Below, one piece after another: positions 36,097-43,111 of a stretch of 58,544 nucleotides of DNA. Positions within the stretch are counted from its first letter, which is position 1, and each line of letters starts with the position of its first letter. A model generated the notes under the pieces. That model was not told where the DNA came from. It worked only from the letters and a program-made list of their open reading frames with translations, and did not search any database. The stretch spans positions 1 through 58,544 of the forward strand of contig JBDRGB010000011.1 of assembly GCA_043818155.1 (NCBI GenBank). The letters run 5' to 3'. Source of the DNA: Candidatus Aenigmatarchaeota archaeon (GTDB taxonomy: Archaea; Aenigmatarchaeota; Aenigmatarchaeia; CG10238-14; SCSR01). Position numbers and translations under genes: made by a program.

Positions 36097-36180
36097 ATGG
36101 CACACGGAGAGAAACGCCAAAGAAGGAAGAAGACGAAGAAGCGCAGGCAGCGCAAGATGAAGCGCGCGCGCAAGAAGTGA
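36097..36180 (+). CDS. candidate ribosomal protein L41e-like basic micro-protein (27 aa)
   Basis: Hand-found ORF MAHGEKRQRRKKTKKRRQRKMKRARKK, almost pure Arg/Lys with an RKM core like eL41. CATTATAT (36067-36074) is centred about 27 nt upstream of the ATG, consistent with a leaderless mRNA. Confidence 0.4.
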   Translation: MAHGEKRQRRKKTKKRRQRKMKRARKK

Positions 36181-36285
36181 GAGTGCATTCTCATTACCCT
36201 ATTCGTTTGGAGGTTCTTTCATTTCACGTTTTCCATGCTTGGCAAACCTGCATGACATTTAAACCTCGGTTTCTACTCTAACCTC

Positions 36286-36690
36286 ATGGAGGAACAAGTT
36301 TACAGAATCAGGCCGCATCACATCTCCCTCCTGCTGAGGCTTGTAAAAGTGGAAGAGGGCCGCAGGGAGGACTACGTCAGGAAAGAGCTGAACGACTTTT
36401 CCGACCCGGTCGAAGAGGACAACGCGCTTTTGGATTTGAAAGATTTTGGGAGGCCATTGAGATACAATGGGCAGTTTGTGAAAAAGTTCGTAGAACTCTA
36501 TAAGACGTTGATTGAAACCCCGGACGCAAACATACAGGTCGTCGATGGATGCGACTATGTCTGCGCACTTGACTGCGGCAGAAGGATACAACGCTGCGAA
36601 AGAGAATCGCGGGAATCGATAGAGAAGCTCGAAGGGTTCGGCGTGCGCATAGGTGACGTCGTCCCGCTTTCGGTGTTGCTAGAAAAATAA
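36286..36690 (+). CDS. hypothetical protein, DUF1284-like
   Basis: RPHH start motif and a Cys cluster IQVVDGCDYVCALDCGRRIQRCE followed by LEGFGVRIGD resemble the DUF1284 pattern. Weak by-eye assignment. Confidence 0.45.
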   Translation: MEEQVYRIRPHHISLLLRLVKVEEGRREDYVRKELNDFSDPVEEDNALLDLKDFGRPLRYNGQFVKKFVELYKTLIETPDANIQVVDGCDYVCALDCGRRIQRCERESRESIEKLEGFGVRIGDVVPLSVLLEK

Positions 36691-36693
36691 AGG

Positions 36694-36842
36694 TGGGCTC
36701 AATGGGATTCGAACCCATTTGTGGCTCGCATACGCATTCCTGCGCACGCGCGTGACCACTGGTTTTTACGCCCGATGCGCTTTCGTCCCACGCTCAGCGG
36801 CCTTATAAGACCAGCGCTCTAACCAAACTGAGCTATGAGCCC
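36694..36842 (-). tRNA. tRNA-Ile (anticodon UAU) with two intervening sequences (about 39 nt at 37/38 and about 35 nt between variable loop and T stem)
   Basis: The reverse complement reads GGGCTCA TA GCTC AGTTTGGTTA GAGC G CTGGT CTTATA [39 nt] A ACCAG TGGTC [35-nt hairpin ACGCGCGTGCGCAGGAATGCGTATGCGAGCCACAA] ATGGG TTCGAAT CCCAT TGAGCCC A. The exons sum to a normal 75-nt cloverleaf. No encoded CCA. Confidence 0.75.
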
Positions 36843-36866
36843 GTATCTTATTTGGAAGTCCGGGTT

Positions 36867-37388
36867 TTAAAAGCCTTTCCCGGCGAGGAACTCGTGCGCC
36901 TGCCTCAGCACGTTGCGCGCGTTATCGAACTTGAAAATCTTCAGCGCGTCGTCGTACTCGGCCCACGTGAATCCCAGGTGCTCCTTCGACAGGACCACGG
37001 TGTCGCTCTTGGACTCGGCCAGGAAGTAAACTGCGTCCTTCGAGCGCCGCGTGCCGTTCATCACGTACCAGTAATGCATGGCCGCGCGGAAGCCTTCGAC
37101 GAACCGCAGGTCCTTCTCATCCAGCCCGGTCTCCTCCCGTATCTCGCGCAGCGCGGTCTGCATCTCGGCCTCGCCGGCCTCGCCGCCGCCGCGCGGGAAC
37201 TCCCAGTAGTCGTCGTTCTGGTGGTAGTGCAGCAGCAGGTACAGCGTCGCGGTCCTGCTTCCGAGCTTCACGCGGCGGAATATCACTGCGCCCACGCTCT
37301 TCTCGCGTACGGTCCTCATGAACGGCCTTTTTATGAAATGCCTTTTCACGAAACGCTTTCGCCCGCCTTTATGGCGGTCCGGCCTCAT
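36867..37388 (-). CDS. NUDIX hydrolase
   Basis: Nudix box GGGEAGEAEMQTALREIREETGL. The basic N-terminal extension may not be translated; the alternative start is ATG 37319. Confidence 0.8.
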   Translation of the reverse strand: MRPDRHKGGRKRFVKRHFIKRPFMRTVREKSVGAVIFRRVKLGSRTATLYLLLHYHQNDDYWEFPRGGGEAGEAEMQTALREIREETGLDEKDLRFVEGFRAAMHYWYVMNGTRRSKDAVYFLAESKSDTVVLSKEHLGFTWAEYDDALKIFKFDNARNVLRQAHEFLAGKGF

Positions 37389-37492
37389 ACTTCTGCGGCC
37401 GCTGACGTTCTCGGTATACGTGGAAACACACCTTTTATATTTCTATCTGGATGCATAGTTATTAGTTATCCGGTGCCGGCGAGGCGGTGCGC

Positions 37493-38410
37493 ATGCTCGG
37501 ACGCAACACTCTCACAAGCAATATCATTAATATTCTGTTGTCGAGGGAATTTGAAGTTTTCCTCACCCACGGATGCTTCGACATAGCGGCCAAGCGCGAC
37601 GAGACGCTCCTGATAAAATCGCTGACGAACGTGGACAGCTTCGACGCAGGCCAGGCGATGAACCTGCGCGCGGTGTCGCACTTCGTTTCCGCCAGCCCGT
37701 TCGTCGTTTCGCTGCACACCAACAGGCAGCTGCTGCGCAGCAACGTAGTGTACTCGAGGTTCGACGTGCCGGTGGTCACGCCCGCGACGTTCGAGGACAT
37801 AATCGAGGACGACGCGTATGTGACGCAGGCCGCGAAGGGCAGGCACACGGTCGAGATAGATGCGGATGCGATGCGCGCCAGGCGCAACGAGATGAGGTTC
37901 ACGCTCGAGGAGCTCGCCGCGCTCGTCGGCGTCTCGAAGAAGGCCTTGTATGAAATCGAGAACAAGCGCACGAACCCGATGGAGAAGACTGCTGCGAAGC
38001 TGGAGAGGATGCTGAAGGTCAGGCTGCGCAGCGCGTACGCGCCGCGGCCGGCTGCTGCGGTCGACGGCACGGTCGGGGCAGCAGGACCGCTGCAGAAGAA
38101 GGTCAGCGAAGAGCTGGACAGGCTGGGCATAGAGAACACGGCGGTGCAGCACGCGGCGTTCGAGATAGCTGGCAAGCAAGATTTCACGCTTATCACGCGC
38201 GTCGCTGAACCGAAAGGGATGAAAGGGCTGAAGCGCGTCGCAGAGCCGATCAGGCGGCTGTCGGCCATATTCGGCGCGCGCGCCTTCTTCGTCGCGGAAC
38301 GCTGCGACCACGGGTCCGTAGACGGCGTCCCCGTGATTTCGGAAGAGGAACTGCGCAGAGTGGGAAGCGCGAAGGAACTGAGGAAAATGCTGGGTGAGAA
38401 CAATGGATGA
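37493..38410 (+). CDS. putative transcriptional regulator with central XRE-type HTH (archaeal COG1395-like)
   Basis: The central segment RFTLEELAALVGVSKKALYEIENKRTNP is a Cro/C1-type HTH. The roughly 305-aa three-part architecture is typical of the conserved archaeal COG1395 family. GAGG precedes ATG 37493; the track start is GTG 37487. Confidence 0.65.
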   Translation: MLGRNTLTSNIINILLSREFEVFLTHGCFDIAAKRDETLLIKSLTNVDSFDAGQAMNLRAVSHFVSASPFVVSLHTNRQLLRSNVVYSRFDVPVVTPATFEDIIEDDAYVTQAAKGRHTVEIDADAMRARRNEMRFTLEELAALVGVSKKALYEIENKRTNPMEKTAAKLERMLKVRLRSAYAPRPAAAVDGTVGAAGPLQKKVSEELDRLGIENTAVQHAAFEIAGKQDFTLITRVAEPKGMKGLKRVAEPIRRLSAIFGARAFFVAERCDHGSVDGVPVISEEELRRVGSAKELRKMLGENNG

Positions 38411-38711
38411 ACTGAAAATGCTTTCAAGAACGCTGGATTTCTACGAAAACGACCACAGTACGATATACACGGCCGAACAGATGCAGGGGCTCGGTTTCGT
38501 CAGGATAAACCACATAGACACCGGCCTTAAAGGGCTCGAATCTGGGGAGCCGACGTTCCTGCGAAAAGGCATCGAAGGGTTCATGTACATGTTCGCGGAC
38601 CATACGGACAAATCCGGGCATCGCGGCGAGGGCTACGTGTTCCTCAAGAAGAGGCATGCGGCCTTCAGCGCGGTCGTGTACACGGAGAACGGCATGGCCA
38701 GGGTTCTGTGA
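38403..38711 (+). CDS. hypothetical protein
   Basis: Open frame whose start overlaps the upstream stop by 8 nt, which suggests translational coupling. No recognisable motifs. Confidence 0.4.
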   Translation: MDELKMLSRTLDFYENDHSTIYTAEQMQGLGFVRINHIDTGLKGLESGEPTFLRKGIEGFMYMFADHTDKSGHRGEGYVFLKKRHAAFSAVVYTENGMARVL

Positions 38712-38724
38712 GATGTGATCGCGA

Positions 38725-39276
38725 GTGTGCATGAAGCTCTGCAAGCAGAGGCGCGTGAAAATCAAGGACGGCCGAACCGTGCTGCTGCGCAGGCCGGAGA
38801 TGAAGGACGTGCGGCAGCTCATGGAATACATAAACGCGATAATCGATGAGGACGCGCCCATCAGCCTGACAAAGAAGCTGACGCCAAAGCAGGAGAAGGC
38901 GTTCGTCAAGAACGTTATGGAAGGATTGAGGGCGGGAACAATACACTTCGTCTTGGCGGAGCTAGACGGGCGCATCGTGGGAGCGGCGAACATCAACGCG
39001 GGCAGCGGCAGGCATTCGCACGTCGGCGAGTACGGTATATCCGTTGCTAAGGATTTCAGGCGGCTTGGCGTGGCCAGCGCGATGACAAAGTACATACTCG
39101 GTGTGAGCAGGCGGGACAAGAAGCTGAAGGTCATAATGCTCCGAGTCTACGAGTTCAACAACATCGCGATGCCGATGTACAGGAAGTTCGGGTTCAGGAA
39201 GGTCGCGCGGCTGAAGAGGCGTGTTATGTACAAAGGTAAGCTACTAGACGAGTTCGTCATGGACCTGAAGAGGTAG
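38725..39276 (+). CDS. GNAT-family N-acetyltransferase
   Basis: Acetyl-CoA binding region ISVAKDFRRLGVASAMTKYIL and C-terminal NNIAMPMYRKFGFRKV, typical GNAT motifs A and B. Confidence 0.8.
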   Translation: MCMKLCKQRRVKIKDGRTVLLRRPEMKDVRQLMEYINAIIDEDAPISLTKKLTPKQEKAFVKNVMEGLRAGTIHFVLAELDGRIVGAANINAGSGRHSHVGEYGISVAKDFRRLGVASAMTKYILGVSRRDKKLKVIMLRVYEFNNIAMPMYRKFGFRKVARLKRRVMYKGKLLDEFVMDLKR

Positions 39277-39315
39277 ATTGCACTGGTAGACTTTTACGAG
39301 CGCGTCTGGAAGGCG

Positions 39316-39600
39316 ATGCGGCGCATACCGAAAGGCAAGGTAACGACGTACGGCGAGCTTGCGCGTGCGCTGCGTACGAAGGCGTATCGTGCGGTCGGAG
39401 GCGCGTGCAGGCACAATCCGTATGCACCGGCGGTTCCATGTCATCGAGTCGTTGCAAACGGCGGAAAGATTGGCGGGTTCGGTGGAAAAACCGCGGGCAA
39501 GAACATCAGGCAGAAGATTGCGATGCTGAGGAAGGAGGGCGTGCGCGTGCAGGACGGCCGCGTCTCAGACTTCGACAAGGTCTTTTTTAGGTTCAAATGA
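39316..39600 (+). CDS. ogt: methylated-DNA--protein-cysteine methyltransferase, stand-alone C-terminal (DNA-binding/active-site) domain
   Basis: Active-site PCHRV plus the IPKGKVTTYGELA and NPYAPAVPCHRVV motifs. Domain homology (DFYERVWKAM) extends upstream of the first ATG to the in-frame TAG at 39274-39276, so the true start is unresolved. Confidence 0.75.
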   Translation: MRRIPKGKVTTYGELARALRTKAYRAVGGACRHNPYAPAVPCHRVVANGGKIGGFGGKTAGKNIRQKIAMLRKEGVRVQDGRVSDFDKVFFRFK

Positions 39601-39622
39601 AAGATTATTTCAGGCGGAATGC

Positions 39623-39826
39623 ATGGTTGACGAGTTCGAGCAGAAGTTCGGGTTCTTCATAATGAAGCGCATCAACAAGAAGACCAACCAGATGCAGGTC
39701 GAGCTGCGCACGAAGAGCGAGGGCATACCGCTCGCGGAGGCCGTCGTAATCCTCGAGGGCTGGGTCAAGCGCGTGAAGGAGGAGCTGCAGAAGCCGTACA
39801 CGGACAATTTGAAGTTCGGGAAGTAG
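39623..39826 (+). CDS. hypothetical small protein (67 aa)
   Basis: ATG-initiated ORF with host-like composition. No recognisable motifs. Confidence 0.35.
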   Translation: MVDEFEQKFGFFIMKRINKKTNQMQVELRTKSEGIPLAEAVVILEGWVKRVKEELQKPYTDNLKFGK

Positions 39827-39862
39827 CAGGACGTCTTCTACGTGGCGCTGTGACCGGACGGG

Positions 39863-40019
39863 AATCGGGTGAAATACGGGTGACCGTTAATCGGGTGAAA
39901 TCGTCGCCCGAATATCACCCGATTAATCGGCGCCTGATTCGAGGTTTCTTGAAGGATTCGAGCCGATTGGCTGAATCGGGTAAATATGGGTAAAATCGGG
40001 TGAAAACATCGCCCGTAAA
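39863..40019. repeat. iteron-like array of AATCGGGT(G/A)AA motifs in a non-coding spacer
   Basis: Forward copies at 39863, 39889, 39974 and 39994. One inverted copy (TCACCCGATT, 39915-39924) forms an 11-bp inverted repeat with 39888-39898. A 12-nt perfect palindrome CCGATTAATCGG lies at 39919-39930. GATTCGAG occurs twice (39936, 39955). A longer roughly 26-nt unit AATCGGGTGAAA..CGCCCG.A.T appears twice (39889-39914, 39994-40019). Confidence 0.7.
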
Positions 40020-40030
40020 TTTACGGCCGC

Positions 40031-40071
40031 GCCAGACGCTCAACGGATTCACGCCTGCCGAAGCGTCTGGC
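40031..40071. repeat. perfect 10-bp inverted repeat (hairpin) GCCAGACGCT / AGCGTCTGGC with 21-nt loop
   Basis: Read directly from the sequence: 40031-40040 and 40062-40071 are exact reverse complements. Confidence 0.7.
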
Positions 40072-40136
40072 ATCGGTCTGGGCTTGGAAGGGAACAAATG
40101 GCTGGATTTAATAAGACAAAGTTCAAAAAATAAAAT

Positions 40137-40580
40137 ATGAGTATAAAAAGAGACAAATGGGATTACGACAGGGAATTAGGGAAAAGGATGGGAGAAGCCC
40201 CAGATGAAATAATTTGGCATATAAATAAAAAATATCAACGAGTTGAAACCGACAGAGAATATAAGCAAAGAATCGGTGAAAGAAACATAGGATTAATGAA
40301 TGGGGTTCTTTTAGGACTATTATTAGGATTGGCTATTTCTCTAATTTTAGATGCGATACCAAGACTATTTAGCATAACATCTAATCCTGTTGTGGAATTG
40401 ATTTTAGCTACTGCTTTGATAGTTGTCTTTAGTAAATTCTTCGAGCTTATAACGAAGCAAGAGTTTGAATTTACTTCAGAAAGAGGATTTCAAATTTTGT
40501 TGATTATTATCGCAATTATGACAATCGCAGTTTTGTTTGGATATTATTTTGCCATACACATCGGTGTAATTATAATTTAA
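40137..40580 (+). CDS. hypothetical integral membrane protein (147 aa) in an AT-rich island
   Basis: Charged N-terminal 60 aa followed by three hydrophobic helices (LMNGVLLGLLLGLAISLIL, VVELILATALIVVFSKFF, ILLIIIAIMTIAVLFGYYFAIHIGVIII). 28 % G+C in line 40201-40260. Confidence 0.5.
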   Translation: MSIKRDKWDYDRELGKRMGEAPDEIIWHINKKYQRVETDREYKQRIGERNIGLMNGVLLGLLLGLAISLILDAIPRLFSITSNPVVELILATALIVVFSKFFELITKQEFEFTSERGFQILLIIIAIMTIAVLFGYYFAIHIGVIII

Positions 40581-40591
40581 TAGAAGTGGGA

Positions 40592-40643
40592 GAGAAATCA
40601 ACCGTTTTACACAAGAACAAGAAAACCGAGAAATCAACCGTTT
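40592..40643 (+). repeat. 16-nt perfect direct repeat GAGAAATCAACCGTTT (x2, 36-nt period) upstream of the thermosome promoter
   Basis: Copies at 40592-40607 and 40628-40643. The similarity continues into TACACAAGAAC / ATTACACAGAAC. Confidence 0.7.
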
Positions 40644-40669
40644 ATTACACAGAACTCCCTTCCAAAACC

Positions 40670-40685
40670 TTTAAATTCTTATATA
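40670..40685 (+). promoter_or_regulatory. TATA-box region of the thermosome gene
   Basis: TTTAAATTCTTATATA lies 60-75 nt upstream of ATG 40744. A GGAGGT Shine-Dalgarno is at 40735-40740. Confidence 0.4.
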
Positions 40686-40743
40686 CCCACATACACATAG
40701 TCTTAAAACGACGGAGAATTTCGATTCTAGAAAATGGAGGTAG

Positions 40744-42402
40744 ATGTTGATGGTGAACATGCAGATTGGACAGATAGGCGGACAGCCGGTGCTGATACTG
40801 CCGGAAGGCACGCTCAGGCAACAGGGCAGGGGCGCGCAGGGGCAGAACATAGCAGCCGCGAAGGCCGTGGCGGATGTCGTGCGCAGCACGCTCGGTCCGA
40901 AGGGCATGGACAAGATGCTCGTCGACAGCATAGGGGACATTGTTATAACCAACGACGGCGTTACGATCCTCGAGGAGATGGAGATAGAGCACCCGGCCGC
41001 GAAGATGATGGTCGAGGTTGCGAAGACGCAGGCAGAGGAGGTCGGGGACGGCACTACGACGAGCGTGGTGATAGCCGGCGAGCTCCTGAAGAAGGCAGGC
41101 GAGCTGCTCGAGCAGAACATACACTCCACAGTCATAACGCGCGGCTTCAGGCTCGCGCGCGACGAGGCGCTGAAGATACTCGACGAGATATCGATTCCTG
41201 TGAGTTTGAACGATGCGGACATCCTGAAGAAGATAGCGCTCACGTCGATGAGCGGCAAGAGCATGGAGAAGGCGTCTCCGGCGCTGGCCGACATCGTCGT
41301 CGAAGCAGTAAAGACCGTTGCCGTGGAAACGAACGGCCACGTGGAAGTGGACACGGACGACATCAAGCGCGAGAAGAAGCACGGCGGCTCCGCGGAGGAG
41401 ACCGAGCTGGTGCGTGGCATCGTGCTGGACAAGGACGTGGTGCATCCGGCAATGCCGAAGAAGGTGCACGAGGCGAAGATAGCGCTCGTGGACGCCGCGC
41501 TGGAGATAAAAGAAACAGAGACGGACGCGCAGATACGCATAACATCTCCGGACCAGATGCAGGCGTTCGTGGAGCAGGAGCAGCGCATGCTCAAGGCAAT
41601 GGTGGACAAGGTCATAGCGAGCGGCGCGAACGTGCTGTTCTCGCAGAAAGGCATTGACGACATGGCGCAGCACTACCTCGCGAAGAAGGACATACTGGCC
41701 GCGCGGCGCGTGAAGCAGTCCGACATGGAGGCGCTTGCCAAAGCAACGGGCGGACGCATAATTACAAACCTGGACGACCTGACATCGAACGACCTCGGCT
41801 ACGCGAAGACCGTGGAGGAGCTGAAGGTCGGAGGCGACGAGATGACTTTCGTCCGCGACTGCAAGGACCCGAAGGCCGTGACCATACTGGTGCGCGGGAG
41901 CACCGAGCACGTCGTTGACGAGGTGGACCGCAGCATCGAGGACGCGATAGGCGCGGTCTCTTCTGCCGTTGAGGTAGGCAAGATAGTGTACGGCGCCGGC
42001 GCGCCCGAGGCCGAGGTGGCGAGGCGCATAAAGAAGTTCGCAGAGAAGTTCTCCGGCCGTGAGCAGCTGGCGATTCAGTCGTTCGGCGAGGCCATGGAGG
42101 TAATACCGCGCGCGCTCGCCGAGAACGGCGGGCTGGACCCGATTGACCTGATGGTCGAGCTGCGCGCTGCGCACGAGCAGGGCAACGTCACGCACGGCAT
42201 AGGCATAGACGAGGGCAAGGTCGTGGACGCTGTGAGTATTGGCGTCGTCGACCCGCTCAAGGTGAAGACGCAGGCCATCAAGTCCGCTTCGGAAGCGGCG
42301 GAGATGATACTGCGCATAGACGACATCATATCCGCGAGCAAGCTCAACAGGGGAATGCCGGGCGGGCCCGGCGGCATGCCGTCCGAGATGCCCGAGTACT
42401 AG
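40744..42402 (+). CDS. ths: thermosome subunit (group II chaperonin)
   Basis: [48 protein letters not shown] and VYGAGAPE motifs. C-terminal [11 protein letters not shown] tail. Confidence 0.93.
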   Translation: MLMVNMQIGQIGGQPVLILPEGTLRQQGRGAQGQNIAAAKAVADVVRSTLGPKGMDKMLVDSIGDIVITNDGVTILEEMEIEHPAAKMMVEVAKTQAEEVGDGTTTSVVIAGELLKKAGELLEQNIHSTVITRGFRLARDEALKILDEISIPVSLNDADILKKIALTSMSGKSMEKASPALADIVVEAVKTVAVETNGHVEVDTDDIKREKKHGGSAEETELVRGIVLDKDVVHPAMPKKVHEAKIALVDAALEIKETETDAQIRITSPDQMQAFVEQEQRMLKAMVDKVIASGANVLFSQKGIDDMAQHYLAKKDILAARRVKQSDMEALAKATGGRIITNLDDLTSNDLGYAKTVEELKVGGDEMTFVRDCKDPKAVTILVRGSTEHVVDEVDRSIEDAIGAVSSAVEVGKIVYGAGAPEAEVARRIKKFAEKFSGREQLAIQSFGEAMEVIPRALAENGGLDPIDLMVELRAAHEQGNVTHGIGIDEGKVVDAVSIGVVDPLKVKTQAIKSASEAAEMILRIDDIISASKLNRGMPGGPGGMPSEMPEY

Positions 42403-42578
42403 GCGAAGCCGAGTTTTGACGGTTTCTTTGTCATTCCTTTTCCTTGGTTACAGGCAGCGCTTGGCGCGGTTTCCGGCTTTCCAGTCGCATGGAACCTTTA
42501 TCTGCCTCGTTTTGAAAATTTATTATAGCGGAAAGCGAAGAATTATACAGGCCGTAGCGTCGGCTGCCCGGTGAACGG

Positions 42579-43058
42579 ATGCCGCAAGAAGAGGACGAAT
42601 TCGAACTTATTCCTGTATCCCCGCTCCGCAGGCTGGAGAAGCGCCTCGAGCGCATGGAGGGCTCGGCCAAGTCGGGCATGGACACCGGCAAGTTCTTCAG
42701 CGAGCTCGTGGAGATCGTGCGCATGAACCAGGAGCTCGTGGACGAGCTGGCCAAGGCGAACGACGCGCTGCGCATAGAGATATCCAAGCTGCCCGGGAGG
42801 CTGGACGACCTTATAACGAGCGTGAACGAGCTCGTGGCCTTCATAAAGGCTTCGGCGGGCGCCGATGCCATTGCTGGCCCGGGAGGCATGCCGGGCGCGG
42901 GCATGGAGCCGCTGCTGAAGAAGATGGACGAGCTCATCGACGCGAACAAGAAGATAGTGGAAAGCAACGAGGCGGTGATGGGCGCGGTCGATCAACTGAG
43001 CACCAAGTTCAAGCGGCCGCTGATGCCGCTCAGGCCGCCGCTTCGAAGGATGCAGTAG
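42579..43058 (+). CDS. hypothetical coiled-coil protein, first gene of the pilus-like operon
   Basis: Heptad-rich helical sequence interrupted by a Gly/Pro/Met linker (AGPGGMPGAGMEP), with no TM segment. GGTGA lies before the ATG and a TATA-like AAATTTATTATAG about 60 nt upstream. Confidence 0.45.
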   Translation: MPQEEDEFELIPVSPLRRLEKRLERMEGSAKSGMDTGKFFSELVEIVRMNQELVDELAKANDALRIEISKLPGRLDDLITSVNELVAFIKASAGADAIAGPGGMPGAGMEPLLKKMDELIDANKKIVESNEAVMGAVDQLSTKFKRPLMPLRPPLRRMQ

Positions 43059-43111
43059 CCTCGCGCGCGAAGCTTCGCAAGTTCTAAATTAATATAAAAC
43101 CAATTAGAATT

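Noticed and set aside
39863-40019. CRISPR array interpretation of the AATCGGGTGAA repeats
   Set aside because: The repeats are only 11-13 nt (at most about 26 nt), irregularly spaced, partly inverted and few in number. There are no spacers of uniform length and no cas genes in the window.
39915-40097. 60-aa minus-strand ORF inside the repeat array
   Set aside because: It lies entirely within repetitive non-coding-looking sequence and has no start context. Its amino-acid repeats merely mirror the DNA repeats.
39830-40135. Replication origin (ORB elements) interpretation of the repeat array
   Set aside because: There is no orc1/cdc6 gene adjacent. The motif does not resemble the ORB or mini-ORB consensus (no G-string plus dyad). 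The AT-rich stretch next to it is occupied by an ORF. This is not excluded, but it is unsupported.
40645-42195. 516-aa minus-strand ORF and the 307-aa + ORF 40734..41657
   Set aside because: Both overlap the thermosome gene, antisense and off-frame respectively. The translations are Arg/His/Gly-rich and motif-free.
22410-42402. Inteins in large conserved genes (rpoB'', rpoB'/A', rpoA'', aEF-2, thermosome; also lig and thrS elsewhere), suspected because two LAGLIDADG genes are present
   Set aside because: All of these proteins are collinear with normal family lengths and motif spacing. No Cys/Ser...HN splice-junction insert or embedded LAGLIDADG block was seen.
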